Part shown: positions 37,075 through 47,940 of the stretch, piece after piece
Position numbering within the stretch: position 1 is the stretch's first letter
Layout: each line of letters opens with the position of its first letter
From: an uncultured Nitrososphaerales archaeon
GTDB taxonomy: Archaea; Thermoproteota; Nitrososphaeria; Nitrososphaerales; Nitrososphaeraceae
Direction of reading: 5' to 3'
Assembly (NCBI GenBank): GCA_963695855.1
Contig: CAVOHZ010000010.1
Span: 352,001-416,000 of the forward strand
Length of the DNA stretch: 64,000 nucleotides
The notes under the pieces: generated by a model
Database searches by the model: none
What the model was told of the DNA's origin: nothing
The model's input: only the letters and a program-made list of their open reading frames with translations
Made by a program: the position numbers and the translations under genes

Positions 37075-38826
37075 TTGGATTTTTCTCTGGTTGCAGAAAC
37101 CTTTCAAGAAATGGAAAAGACAAATAGTAGGATATCATTAACAGATCATCTTGTTAGTTTACTTAAGAAAACTCCGCATGATGTAATAAAAAGGATTGTT
37201 TACCTGATACAAGGAAAATTATATCCAGATTATGAAGGAATAGAACTTGGGGTAGCAGAAAAATTAACAACAAGATCAATTGCAGATTCGATAGGAATCT
37301 CTATAAGGGAAGTCGAGGATGTTTATGCCCAATTAGGGGATTTAGGAGAAGCGGCCGCCAAAATATCTATGAAAAAATATCAACAAACATTTTTTAGTGA
37401 AAAGATCACTGTTAATAGAGTTTACAAGACCTTCGAAAAGATAGCAAAGACAGCCGGTCCAAGATCACAATTAACAAAATTAAGGTTAGTTATTAGTTTG
37501 CTAAATGATGCCACTCCTATTGAAAGTAAGTACATTATTAAATTCTTGTTAGGAATTCTAAGGCTTGGAATAGCTGATTTTACAATTATTGATGCTTTAT
37601 CGATAACCTTTACAGGTGACAAAAGTAGCAGAAAGATTATTGAAAATAGTTACAATATCTGCAGTGATCTGGGTACTGTCGCGGAAATATTAGCTCTAAA
37701 GGGAATCAATGGGTTGAAGGAAATTAAAATTACACCGCTGAAGCCAATACGACCGATGTTGGCAGGAAGAGTTTCCGGCCCTGAGGAAGCACTAGAAAGG
37801 GCAGGAAATATTGTTTCCGCAGAATTCAAATTAGATGGAGAAAGAGTGCAAATACACAAAGACAATTCTAAAATAGAATTATTTTCTAGGAGTTTGGAAA
37901 AAATAACATCGCATTATCCAGATATTGTTGATCCTATAAAAAATTTAAAGGTGGATAAATTGATTTTGGAAGGAGAAATCGTTCCAATCAATATTTTGAA
38001 CAATAAAATTCAACCCTTTCAGGAATTGATGCATAGAAAAAGAAAATACAATATAACAGAAATTGTAAAAAAATATCCTATAAATCTATACTTATTTGAC
38101 ATTTTGTACTATGATGACATTGATTGTACAAAATATGAATACATTAAAAGAAGAGAGATTTTAGAAAATATCCTAAAAAACAAAATGGAGGGAATAATTG
38201 ATTTGGTCAAACAGAAAACAGTGAACAACTCCAAGCAAATTAAACGTTTCTTTTCTTTGGCAACGAAAAATGGATGTGAAGGTTTAATGTTAAAACAATT
38301 AAATAGCCAGTACAGGGCAGGTGCAAGAGAATACCTCTGGATGAAATTGAAGAGGGAGTATGACAGTACAATGGGTGACTCGTTTGACCTTACTGTCGTA
38401 GGGGCACTTTTGGGAAAAGGAAAAAGAACAGGATATTACGGCGCATTGTTACTCGCTGTCTATGACAAAGAAACAAACACTCTTCAGAGTACCTGTAAAG
38501 TGGGAACTGGATTTTCTGATGCAAATTTAGAATTACTTTACAATGAACTGAAGAAAGACATAATTAAAGAAAAGCATCGTAATGTGATCACAAATATGAA
38601 GATGGATATATGGTTTAAACCAAGAATAGTTCTCGAGGTAATAGCTTCGGAGATTACTCTTAGTCCATCACATACAGCAGCTATACACTCGATTCGAGAA
38701 AATTTTGGTTTGGCGCTTAGATTTCCAAAATTTTCTGGTAAGATTAGATTGGACAAGAATCCGGAAGATTCTACCACTGCTCAAGAACTAATAGACATCT
38801 ATAAGATGCAAGTAAAGAAAAGCTAA
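37075..38826 (+). CDS. lig: ATP-dependent DNA ligase
   Basis: PMLA, EFKLDGERVQIH, LEGEIV, FDILY, EGLMLK, WMKLKREY, KVGTGFSD, ALRFPKF; start set at TTG 37075. Confidence 0.97.
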   Translation: MDFSLVAETFQEMEKTNSRISLTDHLVSLLKKTPHDVIKRIVYLIQGKLYPDYEGIELGVAEKLTTRSIADSIGISIREVEDVYAQLGDLGEAAAKISMKKYQQTFFSEKITVNRVYKTFEKIAKTAGPRSQLTKLRLVISLLNDATPIESKYIIKFLLGILRLGIADFTIIDALSITFTGDKSSRKIIENSYNICSDLGTVAEILALKGINGLKEIKITPLKPIRPMLAGRVSGPEEALERAGNIVSAEFKLDGERVQIHKDNSKIELFSRSLEKITSHYPDIVDPIKNLKVDKLILEGEIVPINILNNKIQPFQELMHRKRKYNITEIVKKYPINLYLFDILYYDDIDCTKYEYIKRREILENILKNKMEGIIDLVKQKTVNNSKQIKRFFSLATKNGCEGLMLKQLNSQYRAGAREYLWMKLKREYDSTMGDSFDLTVVGALLGKGKRTGYYGALLLAVYDKETNTLQSTCKVGTGFSDANLELLYNELKKDIIKEKHRNVITNMKMDIWFKPRIVLEVIASEITLSPSHTAAIHSIRENFGLALRFPKFSGKIRLDKNPEDSTTAQELIDIYKMQVKKS

Positions 38827-39971
38827 AACTGAGAACTAAGAATAACCATATAATGTATATTTATTATTGTTCTTAAGAAGGTAACATCACACAAAATAAT
38901 ATTTAGAATGATGATAACAAATGAAAATACAATGGTTATTGATTAATTGAAATTAAAAGTTTTCTGGCCCACAAGGATCCGTAATTCAAGACATAATAAC
39001 CTTCTTGAAGTCGAATTCATTATTTGTTGTATAATAATACATACCTACAAGAATTATATCGAGTTGTGTATTTGTAACACAGCATATTTTTCTTGTCCTT
39101 CCCCGTGGCAAATACATGGGTAGCAACGTTAACTATGCAGATACATCCTTGGAATACTGATTAATATCTTCAATTATTCTTTCTCAAATTTTGAATGTGG
39201 ATAGTTTTCTATACTATATATTACAACTTCGGAATATCATGTACGGTCCCTCATAAATTCCGTTTCTTTTTCCATTTTTTTACTAATCAATCAAAAATTT
39301 CCTAGTAACAAAAATATTTTGGTTCATTAAAGATATGGTTTCAGAGAAACTCATATTAATTAGTTCAATACCATACTATGACCAGTTATGAATATTTTAA
39401 ATCTGAATAACAATTTCATTTATAATAAATAAGGAAACTATTTCTTTGTAAAATTGATAATACATAAATCTCTAAATGCTATTCCATGCAAATATGTAAC
39501 TTTTTTCTAATCTCTAAACATCCTTAATGCTTTAGACGTGTAATGTAGACTCAACAAGAAAATACAAATTCAAACAATATACTACTTTAATCAAGTGTGC
39601 TTCATTTCTTTCAAATCTAATAACCTTGGAATACAGATAGAATCTCGAGATAAATCAAATTAGAAAGATACAACCAAAAAATATTGGTTCAAAACGATGT
39701 TATCATAGCAACTACTGGAGGCAAAATAGATTAGAGAAAGGAAAATAAGAAAAATTGATTCAAAACTATCTATGAAAGAGTGCTTATTATGGGAAATAAG
39801 TTGGGTTTTAAAAAGTTTTATTTTCTATTAAAAGAAAATAGTTAGATATTAAGTACAAAATTAATTAACTAATGTGTCAGGGTATCACCTAAAATTAGAA
39901 CATATAGTCACATATAATTCGTTCTTATAATAATCTAGTCATTCTGTAGAACTAAACAGGTTAAGATCTTT

Positions 39972-40121
39972 TTAATTCGAGGTATCTCTATTACTTTTCA
40001 GTGGTTTCAAAGGCGGAGGTAATTTCTCTAATTTATGAGAAGGGTTAGCAAGATAATGACGAGAAGCGCCTTCTCCAGAAAGTACAATATTACATATTAA
40101 ACATTTGTATTTAATAGCCAT
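39972..40121 (-). CDS. 49-aa C2H2-type zinc-finger microprotein (not in ORF track)
   Basis: MAIKYKCLICNIVLSGEGASRHYLANPSHKLEKLPPPLKPLKSNRDTSN*; Y-x-C-x2-C-x11-H-x6-H; minus-strand TATA TTTATTTA at 40141-40148. Confidence 0.65.
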   Translation of the reverse strand: MAIKYKCLICNIVLSGEGASRHYLANPSHKLEKLPPPLKPLKSNRDTSN

Positions 40122-40223
40122 ATCCCAATCCAGTAGTATGTAAATAAACTACCCTAAAAAGTCTACTATTTAAAAATATGCCAAGGAGAAAAATAATAAC
40201 AAATATGATTTCTAAGCGGATAT

Positions 40224-42407
40224 TTATCTTAGTTTTATTATTTCTCTATTATCCGGCACACTAGAACGAATTCCTAGCTTATTATATATGGTACTTGCGA
40301 CGTTCTCTGATTTTGTTCTTTCACCATGATTTACTAGCACACGCTTAGGCTTGACTCTTGATACAAAATTTAATATCTGATTAAAGTCACTGTGTCCACT
40401 AAATCCGTCTATTTTTTGAGTTTGACATCTAAGTGGAATGACTTTCACTTTACCTAGTTTATCCATCATTGTTACTTCATTTGTCGTTCCGTCGAGTACA
40501 CGTCTTCCCAAAGTTCCGTTAATTTGATAAGACACAAAGATTATCTTGTTATTCACAGATGTTGCTATTTCTTTGAAATATTCCACTGAAGGACCACCTT
40601 CTAGCATTCCAGAAGTAGCCATAATTATCGCAGGATTCTGATCGTTGAGCACTTCATCCCGTTTTCCATATCCATTTACTACAGTAAAATATTCTGATTG
40701 AAACGGATTAATTCCTTGTGCAACAGAACGTCTTACTTCTTGCCCCAAATAATGAGCGTAAGACATATGTATTCCACTTGCCTCAGAGATCATCCCTTCT
40801 ATATAAATTGGAGATTCTACTAATCTTCCCTCTCTCATTTCTTTATCAATAACGAGCATAATTTCTTGAGCTCTTCCAACAGCTGGTACTGGGATGAGCA
40901 CTTTTCCACCAGTCGTCAAGGTTCTGTTTATACTTTCAGTAAAGTTATTGTATACAGTGTACTGTTCAGGCATAATATCTGTTGATCCTCCATAGGTACT
41001 TTCTGTAATCAATGTCTCTACTCGTGGATAATTAGTGATTGCACCATCTAAAAGCTGTGTTTTAGCATACTTATAATCTCCAGAATATAATATATTATGT
41101 ACTCCAGATACATTCATATGAACAGTAGCACTTCCCATTATGTGTCCGGCATTATTCATAGTAATAGTGATATCCGGAGAGATATCAGTCGGTTTTCCAT
41201 ATGGCAAAGGTATAGTATGTTTAATAACTTCGTTAATATCCCTAGTTTCATATGGACAATAAACTCCATTATTTTGGGCAACTTTAACAGAATCCATTTG
41301 TAGAAGAGACATCAGAGGAAGTGTAGGTTCAGTACAATATACCGGACCATCATAACCGTATTTAAATAAAGTAGGCAGAAATCCCTGATGATCTATATGA
41401 GCATGACTAATTACTACAGCATCTAAATCTTCGAGTCTAAAATTAAACCAGTCAATCCTAGGATAAGCGTCTATACTATTATTTTCTCCGGGATTAATTC
41501 CACAGTCAAGCATAATCTTACTTTCAGAAGTGACTACTATAAAACAGGACCTCCCCACCTGCTTAACTCCACCTAAACAGAAAATTAATACTTCCTTAGA
41601 ATTATTCCACGATTTGATTGGTTTTCCTAGCGCTCTATTAGAAAGTTTTGTGTTATTATTATTAGAAATACTATTGCTATGATTACCATTCTCCTCTACT
41701 TTTTTAATTAAAGGTTCACGAAAAATTCTTTTTCCAAGATCTCTAAGGAAATTAGACCTTTCTTTAGAAGAACTTTTTAGAATTGTATGAATATTAGTAA
41801 TACTTTGCGATGAAATATGAGAAGATCTTCTTAAATGCGCTATCCAGCCAGTAGAATGTGCGATATTTATAAGTGTATCAGTATCAATTACTTCAGGTTT
41901 GTTAACTTCAAGAATAACTTCTCCGGTTGCATCATCACAAAAGACTGCAGAAACGGTTACATTTTTAGTCAATATTTTAGAAATTAGGTTTCTTGTCTCA
42001 TCTTCACGTAAACGAATAGAGGGATCGGTCCTCAAGATGAATCGTTTTTTCAACGTTTTAGATAGTGAAGAAAGATAAAAAGTTAATTCAGTTAAAGAAA
42101 ATTTGGGATTTTTTGTGTATAAGGCGATATTAGGTCCTTCAAATCTGGCTATGGTAATTTGTGACTCTTTTGGTATTGAATTCAGTACTTTTTTAGTGAT
42201 GTTTTCCTCATCTTTACATGATATTGTAGTATTCTGATTGGAGTTTCCTTTTTCAGAATGATGGTGGACTAACGGATTCGATTGATATAAATTGGGATCA
42301 TATTTTTTGATATTAGACAAAGTAATACTGTTATTATTGGGTGGCGGAACTGGAGTTAATAACTCATCATTAACACTAATTTTACTATTATTTCGTTTTT
42401 TATTCAA
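40224..42407 (-). CDS. Beta-CASP ribonuclease aCPSF1 / transcription termination factor FttA
   Basis: KH region FEGPNIALY, GGVKQVGRSC, SHAHIDH, AGHIMGS, ESTYGG, AVGRAQE, TSGMLEGG, GFSGHSD, NHGE. Confidence 0.95.
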   Translation of the reverse strand: MNKKRNNSKISVNDELLTPVPPPNNNSITLSNIKKYDPNLYQSNPLVHHHSEKGNSNQNTTISCKDEENITKKVLNSIPKESQITIARFEGPNIALYTKNPKFSLTELTFYLSSLSKTLKKRFILRTDPSIRLREDETRNLISKILTKNVTVSAVFCDDATGEVILEVNKPEVIDTDTLINIAHSTGWIAHLRRSSHISSQSITNIHTILKSSSKERSNFLRDLGKRIFREPLIKKVEENGNHSNSISNNNNTKLSNRALGKPIKSWNNSKEVLIFCLGGVKQVGRSCFIVVTSESKIMLDCGINPGENNSIDAYPRIDWFNFRLEDLDAVVISHAHIDHQGFLPTLFKYGYDGPVYCTEPTLPLMSLLQMDSVKVAQNNGVYCPYETRDINEVIKHTIPLPYGKPTDISPDITITMNNAGHIMGSATVHMNVSGVHNILYSGDYKYAKTQLLDGAITNYPRVETLITESTYGGSTDIMPEQYTVYNNFTESINRTLTTGGKVLIPVPAVGRAQEIMLVIDKEMREGRLVESPIYIEGMISEASGIHMSYAHYLGQEVRRSVAQGINPFQSEYFTVVNGYGKRDEVLNDQNPAIIMATSGMLEGGPSVEYFKEIATSVNNKIIFVSYQINGTLGRRVLDGTTNEVTMMDKLGKVKVIPLRCQTQKIDGFSGHSDFNQILNFVSRVKPKRVLVNHGERTKSENVASTIYNKLGIRSSVPDNREIIKLR

Positions 42408-42618
42408 ATTTTATCGTCCATTTTTTTATAATTCAATCATATGTCTATTTAATCAAGTTTACAAATATAACCAATAGACATAAATTGATATAATGATCTA
42501 ATATTCAGTGAATCCATTAATATAGTTTTAGTTAATTAATCAAAAAATCCTTGTAAATTCACTATACTTGACTTGGTTATTTCACTTTAATAAAATAATA
42601 GGAAATATGAAAATTAAA

Positions 42619-43845
42619 TTACCAAGGAATCCACGGTAATACAAATGCCATTATAACTATTGATAACATTACAAGTGTTAGAATAGTCGAAGGACTAAGC
42701 CTAGTATTCTTAGTTTTGATCTTTTTTTCAAGTAGCGATCCGTACCATTGTCCTCCATCTAACATTGCAATTGGTAGTGCATTGAAAATTGCCACATTAA
42801 AATTGATAAACCAATTCCAAAACAAAAAGTTAGATATGATGGGAAAGAAATTTCCAAAAAGACTCGAAGTATAATAGGGTGCCATTAGGTCAGAAAATGG
42901 GACTATACCTTGTTGAATGGTAGGAGGCATAAGTATAGCTAATGGAGAAGACGTAAATGCATTCTTATAAATATCCAATACTAAAACTGGGTCTGGATTT
43001 AAATTCGTTAAGGAAACACCCAATATAACGTTATTTGCAGGCGAAACATCAGGAAGTTTTAAGGAACTAGAACGATTTTGATTGTCCGTCGAAGTCCACT
43101 TGATCTCAATGTAAGAACCTAAATTGTCCTTCAAAATCTCGCGGAATTTTGAAACGTCATTCATAGGTTCTCCGTTAATTGATCGCAAAACTGAGTCCTT
43201 TTCTAGTCCTATGGATTGAGCTAATGACTTATCATTAACACCCAGAATTTTTAAACCTATGTCAGTTGGCTGAGTGTTAGGAACAGGTGTAAGTGTTGAA
43301 ACTACAAAAAATAATAACAGAAGCGAGATTCCTGCCATTATCATATTATTTAGAGGTCCCGCAGTAAGAATTGCACTCTTTTGTTTGAAATTTGTTTTAT
43401 TCAATTCATCTTGCTGAATATTTACAAATGCACCAACAGGAATACCAAGAAATAGTACTATCCCAGTAGATTCAACTTTTGTATTATAGACACGTGCAAC
43501 TATTCCATGACCTGCTTCATGTATTACAATAGTAACTATCAAAGCTGCCCAACCATAGGTCCAAGGCAATATAGGGTTTAGACCAGGAATCAAAATATTG
43601 CTTTGAGGCCCGAGTTCTCTGGCACCAGCTCTCGCTGAATCATTGGAAAAGAGGATAACAATAGAACTCAATATCAAGAAAATTGCTAATGCGGTAATCA
43701 GAGGCATTAGATAAGTATTAAAATCTGCATAAATTTTTCCGATCTTTGTTTTTGCTATTTTATCAAAAAAATTTAAACCAAATGGAGTATGAATAAGTAT
43801 TAGAGGTAACTTGAGCTCGGTTTTAATACCCATATTTGTTTGCAA
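42619..43845 (-). CDS. Site-2 (M50) intramembrane metalloprotease with PDZ domain
   Basis: HEAGH, GAFV, AGPLNN, FNALPIAMLDGG. Confidence 0.93.
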   Translation of the reverse strand: MQTNMGIKTELKLPLILIHTPFGLNFFDKIAKTKIGKIYADFNTYLMPLITALAIFLILSSIVILFSNDSARAGARELGPQSNILIPGLNPILPWTYGWAALIVTIVIHEAGHGIVARVYNTKVESTGIVLFLGIPVGAFVNIQQDELNKTNFKQKSAILTAGPLNNMIMAGISLLLLFFVVSTLTPVPNTQPTDIGLKILGVNDKSLAQSIGLEKDSVLRSINGEPMNDVSKFREILKDNLGSYIEIKWTSTDNQNRSSSLKLPDVSPANNVILGVSLTNLNPDPVLVLDIYKNAFTSSPLAILMPPTIQQGIVPFSDLMAPYYTSSLFGNFFPIISNFLFWNWFINFNVAIFNALPIAMLDGGQWYGSLLEKKIKTKNTRLSPSTILTLVMLSIVIMAFVLPWIPW

Positions 43846-43945
43846 ATATGATTGTTTGATCTAAATCCTATTTAAATCAATCACAGAGCTAGGATAGATA
43901 TATTTTAATATGAACATTTCATTATTTTTGCCTAATTGATTTTCT

Positions 43946-44596
43946 TTGATATCTAATATTCTAAAAAGATCATTTTTTGAAAGAGATACTTGCATAGTTG
44001 CCAAAGAACTCGTAGGAAAATGTCTTATCAGAAAATTGCAAAGAGAAGAGATTTTGAAGTTATCCGGAATAATAGTTGAAACAGAAGCTTACGGATATAT
44101 TGATGACGAGGCTAGCCATGCTTTCATTGGTTTAACTAAGAGAAACAGTGTAATGTTTGGAAGGGGAGGATTTGTTTATATTTATTTTACTTATGGGAAC
44201 CATTATTGTTTTAACATTTCGGCACATGCCCCTGAAATGAGCGCGGGAGCAATTCTGATCAGAGCAATTGAACCTGTCAATGGGATCGAGCAAATGAAGA
44301 TATTTAGAAATAAGAATGAGTTGTTAAATTTGGCTTCTGGTCCAGGAAAATTAACTCAAGCATTTTCTATTAATGCAAAAAACAACGGAAATGACGTAAC
44401 TAATTATAATAGTGATATTTACTTACAAGAAAATCAGAGTCAAGCAAGCATAGTAATTTGTACTAAAAGAATAGGAATACGAAAGGACATAGAAAGAAAT
44501 TGGCGATTTTTATTAGCCGAGAAGGAAGGAAATAGTATATGTATAAATAAATACGTTTCAAAGAAAAAAGAAAATCAAGATTACAAAATCTGCTAA
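43946..44596 (+). CDS. mpg: DNA-3-methyladenine glycosylase (MPG/AAG)
   Basis: IVETEAY, DEASHA, YIYFTYGNHYCFNI, AILIRAIEP, GPGKL, RIGI. Confidence 0.95.
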   Translation: MISNILKRSFFERDTCIVAKELVGKCLIRKLQREEILKLSGIIVETEAYGYIDDEASHAFIGLTKRNSVMFGRGGFVYIYFTYGNHYCFNISAHAPEMSAGAILIRAIEPVNGIEQMKIFRNKNELLNLASGPGKLTQAFSINAKNNGNDVTNYNSDIYLQENQSQASIVICTKRIGIRKDIERNWRFLLAEKEGNSICINKYVSKKKENQDYKIC

Positions 44597-44608
44597 TTTT
44601 GGTACTTC

Positions 44609-45823
44609 TTAAAGAGGGCTTTGATCCGATGAGATTAAATATTTTCTGTCTCGCCAACTCACTAATCCGTTCCTGTATGATTTACTTATCCCTTTGATAA
44701 ATCCGAAAATAATAATTAAAGCACCTAAGGGGGCACCTAGAGAATAAATCTTGTCCAAAAAAAGAGTTTTCTTTGTATGTATGATGTTTGTGAATGTGAT
44801 TAGAGAAGCGACAATAACAGAAATCATAGAAACAACTAAATTTAAATTGTCAAAAGTTAACAAATAAGAAATAAGAAAATACGGGAAGAAAACAAACGGC
44901 GACAATAACAGAAAAAACAGAGATATGGATAACATTAATGCTTTTATCTTATTTTCCTTAAATAAGGGTAAAACTAATCTGTCTATCGCATCTATTAATT
45001 CCTGAGAATTACGCGCCCAAACTGCATTAACAAAATTTTCACCTCTAATCATCATCATTTTATAATTTCCTTCCTTCACTTTTTTGCCAAGGGCACCATC
45101 CTCGATTATCTCATGTTTTACAGACTGATGCGATCCTATTTTTTGATACGTGTCTCTTGTTATTATGAAATAACTTCCAAAAAAATATCCTAAGTTTGAA
45201 TGTGGGTCATTTACTTTTAATGGTGAATATCTAGTATGCAAAAAAGTAATAAGTATTGGTAAAGTAATTTTAGTGAAGAAATCATTACATAATAACTTTG
45301 GCATCAGTGTTATTGCTTGTAAATCATTATCGATCATATTTTCTACAGCTATTTTCAATGTATTTTTAGAATGGTACGAATCAGCGTCCGTAAAAAGTAA
45401 CAAACTTCCACTCGACTTTATATATCCATTAAAACATGCCCAGTTTTTTCCGATCCATCCTTCAGGTCGTGGGGGGGTAGTGCATATAATAACATTAGGA
45501 TTATGTTCCATATAGTAATTCATAATATTTAATGTATCATCATATGACTCATCATTAACTATAATAATTTCGTAATTTGGATATGTTTGTTTCAAAAGGC
45601 TATCAATACAAGAGCTTAGATATTTTTCCTCGTTTCTTGCTGGCAATATAATACTTACTTTTGGATATTTATAAGATTTATTTCTATTATGATCAATAAA
45701 ATCTTCTAACTTTGGTGATTTGGATATTGAATGTAACATAAAAATAAGAAAATAAACCCAGGTGCTCAATACACCGGCCATTATAAATATCAAAATAAGC
45801 ATACAAATAAATAATTCATACAT
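44609..45823 (-). CDS. Membrane GT2 glycosyltransferase (CruC/HpnB-like)
   Basis: SIILPARNEE, VNDES.D, PEGWIGKNWAC, LLFTDAD, IIEDGALG, C-terminal TMs, VSWRDRKY. Confidence 0.88.
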   Translation of the reverse strand: MYELFICMLILIFIMAGVLSTWVYFLIFMLHSISKSPKLEDFIDHNRNKSYKYPKVSIILPARNEEKYLSSCIDSLLKQTYPNYEIIIVNDESYDDTLNIMNYYMEHNPNVIICTTPPRPEGWIGKNWACFNGYIKSSGSLLLFTDADSYHSKNTLKIAVENMIDNDLQAITLMPKLLCNDFFTKITLPILITFLHTRYSPLKVNDPHSNLGYFFGSYFIITRDTYQKIGSHQSVKHEIIEDGALGKKVKEGNYKMMMIRGENFVNAVWARNSQELIDAIDRLVLPLFKENKIKALMLSISLFFLLLSPFVFFPYFLISYLLTFDNLNLVVSMISVIVASLITFTNIIHTKKTLFLDKIYSLGAPLGALIIIFGFIKGISKSYRNGLVSWRDRKYLISSDQSPL

Positions 45824-46034
45824 CGCGATTGTTAAACTTTAAGTAGAATGAACCAATAAAAAATTTTACTGAATTTAATTTAATTATATTTATTCAAATA
45901 CACTTTATTATAGAAATTATGACTACAATAAAAATTCATAAATTATATACTAATTTTTGTTTATTTATTAACTTTTTAAATAATTATCAGCTAAACTTTT
46001 TATATCGAAGACATTGTGGCTAAAGCAAATACCT

Positions 46035-46700
46035 ATGCTAATAATCTTTGATGTGGAAGGAGTTTTGCTTAATGCAGAATATCTTCCAGTTTTGGCTCAA
46101 GTATTTGGTCCGGAAAAAGAAAAAGAAATCTGGGATATAACTAAACAGGGCATAAGGGGAGATATTAATTGGGAAGAGGGTTTAATAAAGAGAGTTCGTG
46201 CATTAAGAGGAATAAAATATGAAGATGCGAGGATATTAGCTGAAAATTTGGAAATTATGCCTGGAGCGAAAGATCTCTGTTCTTCGTTAAAAAAAGCAGG
46301 ATGGAAAATGATTGCCGTCTCTGGGGGATTTAGCATAATTACAGATAGGTTAAAAAATGAATTAGGACTGGATTTGATCTTCTCAAATGAGCTTATTTTT
46401 AAAGATGGAAAATTAGATGATATCGACCTTAGAGTAACTTCTGACAAGTCATTACTAGTAAGGCCGTTCATAAAACAATTCAATATTAAGAAGGAAGAGA
46501 TTGTTGTGGTAGTCGATGGGGCAAATGATTTAAAATTGTTCGACTTGGCCTCATATACTGTGGGTTTTTGTCCTGTAGACATGGTAAAAAAGAAGGCTAA
46601 TGACGTAATAGAAATAAGAAACTTATCTTTACTTAAAGGCCTCTTAGAAAAAAGATTTGGCAGGTCAATTCTAAATACAGTTCAGAGAAAAGTTTCCTGA
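46035..46700 (+). CDS. serB: Phosphoserine phosphatase (HAD)
   Basis: FDVEGVL, ITKQGIRGDINWEEGL..RV..L, VSGGF, DGANDL. Confidence 0.85.
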   Translation: MLIIFDVEGVLLNAEYLPVLAQVFGPEKEKEIWDITKQGIRGDINWEEGLIKRVRALRGIKYEDARILAENLEIMPGAKDLCSSLKKAGWKMIAVSGGFSIITDRLKNELGLDLIFSNELIFKDGKLDDIDLRVTSDKSLLVRPFIKQFNIKKEEIVVVVDGANDLKLFDLASYTVGFCPVDMVKKKANDVIEIRNLSLLKGLLEKRFGRSILNTVQRKVS

Positions 46701-46703
46701 AGA

Positions 46704-47480
46704 TTGCCAGTTAGCAAGTTAGAAATAATTCCTATTTCAATTCTCTCGGAAATCAAACCAAATGACAATCTTATAGACATTATTTTAAGTTCACTGCATA
46801 AAAGTAATAGTTTGGGCATAAAAATAAAAAATAAAGATATCCTGGTTATTGCTCAAAAAATAATATCGAAACAAGAAGGAATGTTCGTGGAATTGGCACG
46901 TGTCATACCCTCCAAACAGGCACTTGAAATTAGAAAAAGTGTAGATAAAGATCCCAGGCTAATAGAACTTATTTTACAAGAATCACGGAAGATAATAAAA
47001 ATTTTTAATAAAACTATGATAGTCGAAACAAATCAAGGATTCATTTGTGCCAATGCAGGAATAGATCAGAGTAACGTGAGTAAGTATCAAGATAGAGTTT
47101 TACTTTTACCAAGAAACCCAGATCAAACAGCAAGCCAGATCAGAGAAGAAATCAAGAGAAAAACTGGAAAGGAGATAGCTGTCATTATTTCAGATACATT
47201 TGGTAGACCCTTTAGGAATGGTCAAACTAATGTAGCAATAGGTGTATCGGGAGTCAAACCTATCAAGAGTTATATTGGTAAGAAGGATATGTATGGAAAC
47301 GTCCTAAAAGTAACAGAAATTGCTATTGCTGACGAAATTGCTGGGGCTTCTGAACTAGTCATGGGAAAATCTAACAAAATTCCTGCTGTGATTATACGAG
47401 GTTTTAATTTCACTATTGCAAGAAAATCTAATATTAAAGATTTGAATAGAAAGGAAAAACTAGATATATTTAGAGGATAA
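46704..47480 (+). CDS. cofE: Coenzyme F420-0:L-glutamate ligase
   Basis: AQKIISKQEG, CANAGIDQSN, ISDTFGRPFRNGQ, DEIAGASELVMGK. Confidence 0.95.
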   Translation: MPVSKLEIIPISILSEIKPNDNLIDIILSSLHKSNSLGIKIKNKDILVIAQKIISKQEGMFVELARVIPSKQALEIRKSVDKDPRLIELILQESRKIIKIFNKTMIVETNQGFICANAGIDQSNVSKYQDRVLLLPRNPDQTASQIREEIKRKTGKEIAVIISDTFGRPFRNGQTNVAIGVSGVKPIKSYIGKKDMYGNVLKVTEIAIADEIAGASELVMGKSNKIPAVIIRGFNFTIARKSNIKDLNRKEKLDIFRG

Positions 47481-47705
47481 AAAATGAATTCCGCCTTAAC
47501 AATTTATCTTTTTTCTCATCAGAAAAATTTTTAGTCAAAAACGAATTCTAACAATGTTTCTTAAAATATATTAAATCTTTTATTATTTGTATGAAATGCC
47601 TTTAATATAGTAAAACTATTCTTTTTAGTATTGCACTTCCTAAAAGTCATAAACATTTTATATTACATTTAGTGTTTTATTTGTGATTACCAGTTGATTG
47701 ATAAT

Positions 47706-47936
47706 ATGGAATTTAAAAAGATTATCGATGTAAGAGGTCTTTATTGTCCTGAACCAGTATTTAGGACAAAGATAGAAATGGAAAAAATGTCCATCGGAGA
47801 AAAATTGAAGGTCGTTGCTGATGATCCTCAATCTGAAGAAGACATTTCTAGATGGGTAAACAGAAATGGTCATGAATTACTTTCTATTGATAAGAAAGAA
47901 CAAGATCTAGAGTTTGTAATTAAGAAGGCTAAATAA
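47706..47936 (+). CDS. tusA: TusA-family sulfur carrier
   Basis: IDVRGLYCPEPV, LKVVADDP.SEEDI..W. Confidence 0.92.
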   Translation: MEFKKIIDVRGLYCPEPVFRTKIEMEKMSIGEKLKVVADDPQSEEDISRWVNRNGHELLSIDKKEQDLEFVIKKAK

Positions 47937-47940
47937 CAAA

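Noticed and set aside
38830-39960. Possible gene remnant after lig
   Set aside because: The frames I translated are interrupted and give no recognisable motif
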